DNA of 64,000 nt from Bacilli bacterium (GTDB lineage Bacteria > Bacillota_I > Bacilli_A > ML615J-28 > CAG-313), in the NCBI GenBank assembly GCA_045119035.1, contig JBGVCU010000057.1, forward strand, positions 37,238 to 101,237. The letters run 5' to 3'. Below are positions 58,703-64,000 of this stretch, in pieces. The position numbers were made by a program, and so were the translations under genes. Below the pieces are notes generated by a model that had not been told where the DNA came from, searched no databases, and saw only the letters and a program-made list of their open reading frames with translations. Every line of letters starts with the position of its first letter. Within the stretch, counting starts at the first letter, position 1.

Positions 58703-60304
58703 GTGTACAACATGATAGAAAAAGACAAAAAAGGTTATATTAAACATTTATTAAAAGCTGGTTTATTTAGTATCTTATGTGGAGCTATTACTGGTTTACT
58801 AATTTTTATATTTAAATTTTTAGCAGGTAAAGTAGGAAAGTTATCAATGAAGATTTATGATTCTTCTAAAGAAAATTTCCTTTATGTATTATTAGTTATT
58901 TTAGGACTTGCAGCTTTTGCTTTAATTATGTATTTTATTCATAAAAGAGTACCTGAAGCAAAAGGAGGAGGAATCCCTCGTAGTGAAGGTGTATTACGTG
59001 GAGTACTTAAGTTTAGATCATTTAAAACATTAATTGCTACTTTTTTTGGAAGTATGATTAGTTATATGGCAGGTGTTCCTGTTGGTACTGAAGGTCCATC
59101 TGTTTTAATTGGATCATCTGTTGGTGATTTATGTAACAAATCAAGTAAGCAAAATAAAGCTTTAAATAGATACGTTGAAACAGGAGGAGCTGCTGCAGGG
59201 TTTGCTGTTGCAACAGGAGCTCCACTTTCTGGAATTTTATTTGCATTAGAAGAAATTCATAAACGTTTTACACCAATGTTAGTTGCTACAGTATCTTTAT
59301 CTGTTGTATCTGCTACATTTGTTAATTTATCACTTTGTAATTTATTTGATATGAATCCAAATTTATTCCATTTCCATATTGCGTCAAGTTTCCAATATAA
59401 AGATTTACTATATTTAGTAATTCTTGCTGTATTAGTAGCATTATTAGTGGGACTTTACGATAAATCAATTGGAGTTATTTGGGACGCATTAGGAAACTTC
59501 TTAAGAAAAGTTCCTGCACTTGCTAAATTATTTATTGTTTTTGGATTTACAGGTATTTTAGGATTTGTATTTGTTGACGGTGTTTATAGTGGTCATGATG
59601 TAATTGAAGTTCTTGTTGGACTAAATGGATTACAAATTTCTCTTCTTACATTATTTGCTATTTTAATTATTAGATTCGTAATGATGCACTTAGTAATGGA
59701 AAGTAGTGTAACAGGAGGATTATTCATTCCTACTATGGCAATTGCTGCAGTAATTGGAGCACTTCTTGGAAGATTCTTAGTTACAATTGGAATGGAAGAA
59801 GCATTATATCCTATCGTTGTAGTACTTACAATGTGTGTGTTTATTGGAGGTTCTTTAAGAGCACCATTTACAGCTGTTGTATTATTTATTGAATTAGTTG
59901 GTTCATTTGATACATTATTCTATGTTTTAGTTGTTATGTTTATTGTTAACTTTATTGTTGAAATGTTTGATCAACCTTCATTCTACGATAGAGTAGTTGA
60001 AAAAATGGAACATAATGAATATCATGGAAAAGAAAGAATTATTGGGGACTTCTCTGTTGTTATTTCATCTAACTCATTTGTAACTGGTAAAGCTGTTAGA
60101 GATATTATGTGGCCAAATTCACTTGTTATTTTAAATATTAAGAGTGCAAATGAAACTGGTGATAATTTAGATAACGGTGGAGAAAGAAAATTATATGGAG
60201 AAGATGTAATTACATTTAGATGTCCATATTATGATAAAGAAGAGTTATATAAAGATATATATAATTTAGTAGGAAAAGATCACGATATAGTAGAACTTAA
60301 ATAG
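58703..60304 (+). CDS. ClC family chloride channel / H+-Cl- antiporter with a C-terminal cytoplasmic domain
   Basis: ClC selectivity motifs GGGIPR, GTEGP and GGLFIP. The start may instead be ATG 58712. Confidence 0.8.
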   Translation: MYNMIEKDKKGYIKHLLKAGLFSILCGAITGLLIFIFKFLAGKVGKLSMKIYDSSKENFLYVLLVILGLAAFALIMYFIHKRVPEAKGGGIPRSEGVLRGVLKFRSFKTLIATFFGSMISYMAGVPVGTEGPSVLIGSSVGDLCNKSSKQNKALNRYVETGGAAAGFAVATGAPLSGILFALEEIHKRFTPMLVATVSLSVVSATFVNLSLCNLFDMNPNLFHFHIASSFQYKDLLYLVILAVLVALLVGLYDKSIGVIWDALGNFLRKVPALAKLFIVFGFTGILGFVFVDGVYSGHDVIEVLVGLNGLQISLLTLFAILIIRFVMMHLVMESSVTGGLFIPTMAIAAVIGALLGRFLVTIGMEEALYPIVVVLTMCVFIGGSLRAPFTAVVLFIELVGSFDTLFYVLVVMFIVNFIVEMFDQPSFYDRVVEKMEHNEYHGKERIIGDFSVVISSNSFVTGKAVRDIMWPNSLVILNIKSANETGDNLDNGGERKLYGEDVITFRCPYYDKEELYKDIYNLVGKDHDIVELK

Positions 60305-60335
60305 AGTTTGGTTAATTACCAAACTCTTTTTTTAT
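60303..60335 (+). terminator. Rho-independent terminator
   Basis: AGAGTTTGGT-TAAT-TACCAAACTCT followed by TTTTTTT. Confidence 0.6.
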
Positions 60336-60607
60336 TAATTTTTTTGGATATACAGTATACTGACTTTTAAATAATAATTATTAAATATATTATAAAACAT
60401 ATTGTTTAATAAGTAGGAATTTTTCGTCAATAAAAAATACAACATTTTAATAAGAAAAAAATACATTATAAAATCTTTTTTTAAAAAAAACAAAAAGTAA
60501 ACGTTTTCCAGTGTAAAATTAAGTTGATAGCGTTGAATTATTTTCCAAAATATAGTATAATAAAGCTTAATCTGGAAATTTTACCAGTTTTTGTATGGAG
60601 GGTATAT

Positions 60608-61729
60608 ATGAAGAAAAATAGCCTATTAAAATTAGCACTTATGTTTATATTATGTTTTACATTAGTTAGTTGTAAAAATAGCGATGATACACCTAGTGGA
60701 AAACTTGTAATATATGATTTAAATGGAGGAATTTTCCAAAATTGTACATTACCAATTAAACAGTATTATACTCATAGTGAAAATGCTAAGAAAGTAATTG
60801 TTGATCCTGAAACTTTAGTTAATGATTTAATTCAAAAATCAGGTTATACTTTAGAAGGATGGTATACGGATAGTACATTTACTAATAAGTGGGATTTTAA
60901 AAATGACGAATTATTAGTTGATTCTTTAACTCTTTATGCAAAATGGGTAAAGGATATTAAATATACTTTTAATGTTTGTTATGTTGATGAAAAGACAAAT
61001 GAAGTTCATATTTTGAATTCTTATCAAGTTGAAGAAGGAGAAAAATTTGAAGACTATCGTGGATATGCTAACAAAAGAGAAGGATATACTGCGTTAAGAT
61101 TTACTGATGGAAAAGGTAATGATTGGGACTTCGATACTCCTCATCCAGGTGGTGAAAGTGATTTAGCTATTAATGTATTTGTTGAATACATTGAAGGTGA
61201 ATTTGCTATTGTTTCAACTAAAAAAGAATTCATTACAGCTGTTAATAAAAAAGAAAATATTTATTTATTAAATGATATTGATTTAGAAAATGAAGAAATT
61301 GATTTTGGAGATTTTACTGATCAAATCTTTAGTGGTAATAATTATACAGTAAGTAATTTTAAAGTTATTAAAAACATTTCTTTCCCTCAACACTTATCAA
61401 AAGATCATACAGATGAAACAAAAAATAGTGTTTATGCAAGTTTATTTGGAAACATTGAAAATACAGTTATTAAAGATGTTACATTTGAAAATGTTGTATT
61501 TGAACTTAGTGTAACTCCAGCAAGAACATATCGTATTTATCTTGCTCCACTTACAACATCAGCTAAGAATTCTACAATCTCAAATGTATCAATTAATGTA
61601 ACTTATGAATATGTTACTTTACCAAATGGATTTGATACAAACACAAATTTAATTGTTACAAACGATAATTATATCGTTACTAACGAAAATTCAAATTTTG
61701 AAAATGTAAGTATTAACAAAGGAGAATAA
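60608..61729 (+). CDS. Lipoprotein with Listeria-Bacteroides repeat (Flg_new) domain
   Basis: ATG after GGAGGG; lipobox LVSC; classic repeat signature GYTLEGWYTDSTFTNKWDF ... LTLYAKW. Confidence 0.6.
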   Translation: MKKNSLLKLALMFILCFTLVSCKNSDDTPSGKLVIYDLNGGIFQNCTLPIKQYYTHSENAKKVIVDPETLVNDLIQKSGYTLEGWYTDSTFTNKWDFKNDELLVDSLTLYAKWVKDIKYTFNVCYVDEKTNEVHILNSYQVEEGEKFEDYRGYANKREGYTALRFTDGKGNDWDFDTPHPGGESDLAINVFVEYIEGEFAIVSTKKEFITAVNKKENIYLLNDIDLENEEIDFGDFTDQIFSGNNYTVSNFKVIKNISFPQHLSKDHTDETKNSVYASLFGNIENTVIKDVTFENVVFELSVTPARTYRIYLAPLTTSAKNSTISNVSINVTYEYVTLPNGFDTNTNLIVTNDNYIVTNENSNFENVSINKGE

Positions 61730-61732
61730 AAC

Positions 61733-64000
61733 ATGAAAAAAGGTTTAATTAAAAAACTAGTTATTGTTGGTGTTGCTGTAGTAGTTTTAGCTGTAGCATT
61801 AATCTTTATTTTAAAACCTAAAGATGAACAACAATATTTTGACAATGAAAATGATGCTTTAGTATTTTCTACTTTAGAAGTAGATAAAGTTTTTAATCCA
61901 TTCTTTTCAACATCTGCAACTGACTCAAATGTAGTTGGTATGACACAAATCGGAATGTTAGGAAATGATAAAGATGGACTTTGGACTTATGGTGATGATG
62001 AAGCCGTTGTTACAAAAGATTTAGAAATTAGATATAACAAAAATAATTTAGATGAAATTGAAACTACAACATACTATTTTGTACTTAAAAATAATATCCA
62101 ATTCTCTAATGGATCTTATCTATCTATGAAAGATGTATTATTTAATCTATATGTTTATTTAGATATCGCTTATACTGGTTCTAGTACAATTTATTCTACA
62201 GATATCGTTGGTTTAAAAGAATATCGTACACAATCAGCAAGTGAAAAAGAACAAGATGCATTTAGAAAAAAATATGAAAATGAAGCAAACTCAAGAATTG
62301 CTGCATTAATTGATGCAAAAGATATTCTTTACTCTGAATATGAAGATTTTACAAAAGATACTTTCTTACCAGCTTTAGAAAACTTTGCATTATTAGAATC
62401 AGATAATGGAAATGATTATTATCAAAATGTTGTTAAAGATTATAAAAAAGCATTAGAGTTCTTTAGACAAGAATTAGAATCTGATTATAGCAACTCACTA
62501 AATTCATTTGAAGATGTTTCATTTGAAACTGAATCAGGTGAAGTTGTTAAACCTTTTAAATCAGATGTAGAAGTTTTCTTATATAATGAAGGATGCTATA
62601 AATGGGATAAGAAAACAGGTACTGGTACTTGGTCAATCTTACCTTATGCAGCTGATGGTAGTCTACTAACAAAAGAACAAGCTATTGATACTATTTTTGC
62701 ATATAAAATTCCTGATGCAATTGATGAAGTAGTATCATATTGGGCTACATCACAAACTTTATTTGATTACTTAGTAAATGAAGCAATTGAAGCAGATTTA
62801 TCTGGATCAGAATTAAAATTCCCTAATATCTCTGGTATCAGATTTGCAAATAAAGATGAAGCATGTACAGTAAATGGTGTAACATATCCAAAAGCTGAAT
62901 ACGATGAAAACGGAAATGTTAAATCTGATAGTCATGAAGTATTAAGTATTACAATTAATAAAGTTGACCCTAAAGCAATTTGGAACTTTGCATTTACTGT
63001 TGCTCCAATGTATTATTATTCAAATGAAGAACAAATAGCTTTATTTGATTATGAAACACATTTTGGTGTTGAATATGCATCTCAAACTTTTATGAATGAA
63101 GTTGTTAAAGATCCAGAAAAAATTGGTGTTCCAGTTGGTGCTGGTGCTTATGCTGCAAGTAAATCATCAGGAGGTATTTCTGATATTGAAGCAGGAGACT
63201 TCTATAGCTTAGGTGTTATTTACTTTGAAAGAAATCCATACTTTGTAATGGGACCTGCTCAAATTAAAAAAGTTAGATTCCAAGTAGTTCCATCTAACCA
63301 AATGTTAAACTCATTATATACAAATAAAGTTGATTTTATTGAACCAAATGCTAAACCTGAAACAATTAAAGAATTAAATGATAAAGCAGAAGACGGAATT
63401 GGTAATAAATCAATTAGAACATCTGGTTACGGATATATCGGAATTAATGCTGGTAAAGTACCTACAATGCAAGTTCGTCAAGCAATTATGCATTCTATTA
63501 ATACTCAACTTTGTGTTGACTATTATCAAACAACTGCATCAGCAATTCATCGTCCAATGTCACTTTCAAGCTGGGCTTATCCTACAGGATGTACACCATA
63601 CTATCCATTTATTGGTGGAAAAATTCCAAGTGACTTATCTAATGTAAACCCTGCTTATCGTGAATTTGTACTTGAAAAAGGTAAATCAGCTGGTGAAACA
63701 TTTACTCTAGAAGAACAACAAGAATTCATTGTTGGTTTAGTTACTGGTGCTGGTTATACTCTTAATAATGAAGGTATTTATAATAAAACTATTCAAGGTA
63801 ATACATATACACTTGAATATACATTTACAATTGCTGGTGCTGAAACAGATCACCCAGCATGGACAGCAATGCTAGCTGCTTCAACTTTATTAAATAAATG
63901 TGGATTTAAAATCCGTGTTGCAACAGATGCAAATGCATTAAGTAAATTATCATCTGGAGCATTAGAAGTTTGGGCTGCTGCATGGGGTTCAACAATTGAT
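61733..64000 (+). CDS. ABC transporter substrate-binding protein, family 5 (peptide/oligosaccharide type); 5' partial, continues past the window end
   Basis: ATG after AAGGAGA. N-terminal TM/signal. Family-5 start blocks (VFNPFFSTSATDSNVVGMTQIGML; GSYLSMKDVLFNLYVYLD). No in-frame stop seen to position 64000. Not in the ORF track because it is unterminated. Confidence 0.6.
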   Translation, partial: MKKGLIKKLVIVGVAVVVLAVALIFILKPKDEQQYFDNENDALVFSTLEVDKVFNPFFSTSATDSNVVGMTQIGMLGNDKDGLWTYGDDEAVVTKDLEIRYNKNNLDEIETTTYYFVLKNNIQFSNGSYLSMKDVLFNLYVYLDIAYTGSSTIYSTDIVGLKEYRTQSASEKEQDAFRKKYENEANSRIAALIDAKDILYSEYEDFTKDTFLPALENFALLESDNGNDYYQNVVKDYKKALEFFRQELESDYSNSLNSFEDVSFETESGEVVKPFKSDVEVFLYNEGCYKWDKKTGTGTWSILPYAADGSLLTKEQAIDTIFAYKIPDAIDEVVSYWATSQTLFDYLVNEAIEADLSGSELKFPNISGIRFANKDEACTVNGVTYPKAEYDENGNVKSDSHEVLSITINKVDPKAIWNFAFTVAPMYYYSNEEQIALFDYETHFGVEYASQTFMNEVVKDPEKIGVPVGAGAYAASKSSGGISDIEAGDFYSLGVIYFERNPYFVMGPAQIKKVRFQVVPSNQMLNSLYTNKVDFIEPNAKPETIKELNDKAEDGIGNKSIRTSGYGYIGINAGKVPTMQVRQAIMHSINTQLCVDYYQTTASAIHRPMSLSSWAYPTGCTPYYPFIGGKIPSDLSNVNPAYREFVLEKGKSAGETFTLEEQQEFIVGLVTGAGYTLNNEGIYNKTIQGNTYTLEYTFTIAGAETDHPAWTAMLAASTLLNKCGFKIRVATDANALSKLSSGALEVWAAAWGSTID

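Noticed and set aside
58000-58710. Fluoride (crcB) riboswitch upstream of the ClC gene
   Set aside because: The ClC gene starts 12 bp after the FNT-like gene, and the region upstream of the FNT-like gene is AT-rich with no GGCGATGG ... CCGCC-type conserved blocks.
31545-60335. Shared AGTTTGGTTAAT arm in the terminators at 31545 and 60303, considered as a dispersed repeat family
   Set aside because: Only about 12 nt are shared and the remaining hairpin differs. In a genome this AT-rich, that could be coincidence; two copies are not enough to call a repeat family.
63378-63647. 89-aa ORF near the window end
   Set aside because: It lies in a different frame inside the long, coherent family-5 SBP reading frame (61733 onward) and has no RBS.
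1-64000. Mollicute genetic code 4 (TGA read as Trp)
   Set aside because: Tryptophan is consistently encoded by TGG inside conserved motifs, and TGA terminates a gene at 13174-13176. The standard bacterial code applies.

Overview
The window is AT-rich (roughly 28-30% GC), densely coding low-GC Gram-positive/Mollicute-like DNA. It uses the standard genetic code: Trp is TGG throughout, and TGA acts as a stop, e.g. at 13174-13176. Lipoproteins with LxSC/LVAC-type lipoboxes are unusually frequent, and several carry Listeria-Bacteroides-type repeats; this fits an Acholeplasma/Erysipelotrichia-like organism, but the taxon cannot be proven from sequence alone.

Layout from start to end:
(a) Housekeeping block, 1-14355. 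It holds the 3' part of an SRP RNA, dus, hflX (minus strand), an atypical Clp-N AAA+ ATPase, a giant 1436-aa P-loop protein, cdaA with a membrane partner, a fused ispDF, a YunB-like protein, and rpsF-ssb-rpsR with a structured leader.
(b) A small AT-rich accessory islet, 14360-19400. An alpha/beta-hydrolase with an in-frame TAA stop is bracketed by ~110-bp direct repeats that each end in a terminator. Next comes a Fic (AMPylase-motif) gene whose promoter is overlapped by a 25-bp perfect palindrome. A beta-lactamase-fold serine hydrolase and a small P-loop kinase follow.
(c) A surface/glycan block, 19510-35489. It holds a type-II membrane protein with near-identical tandem 201-bp repeats, an MscS channel, a GH81-like beta-1,3-glucanase lipoprotein, and two tandem paralogous lipoproteins. 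It ends with a 1284-aa lipoprotein made of ~9 tandem beta-sandwich-like modules, written in 'highly expressed' codons.
(d) A large tightly coupled beta-glucan uptake/processing locus, 35635-55361. It contains a cytoplasmic (alpha/alpha)6 glycoside-hydrolase-like protein plus a LacI regulator, a classical sugar SBP, a 1010-aa TM-anchored SBP fusion, and two pairs of ABC permeases with no ATPase. An NHL-propeller/TPR/multi-TM protein and a 760-aa exported protein are inserted between the permease pairs. A lipoprotein paralogue of the (alpha/alpha)6 enzyme and a ~1080-aa GH94-like glycoside phosphorylase finish the operon.
(e) 55600-64000: a second P-loop kinase; a small membrane protein; an intact IS3-family element (orfA/orfB with an A7G -1 frameshift site, ~50-bp terminal inverted repeats, and a 7-bp target duplication inside a terminator loop); a short FNT-like channel; a ClC channel; a Listeria-Bacteroides-repeat lipoprotein; and the 5' portion of a family-5 SBP running off the window.

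No CRISPR array, tRNA or rRNA was seen. The features with least precedent are the transporter-embedded NHL/TPR/TM plus 760-aa pair, the anchored SBP fusion, the recurring TTGAAACGTTTCAA-type operator candidates, and the palindrome-guarded Fic gene.
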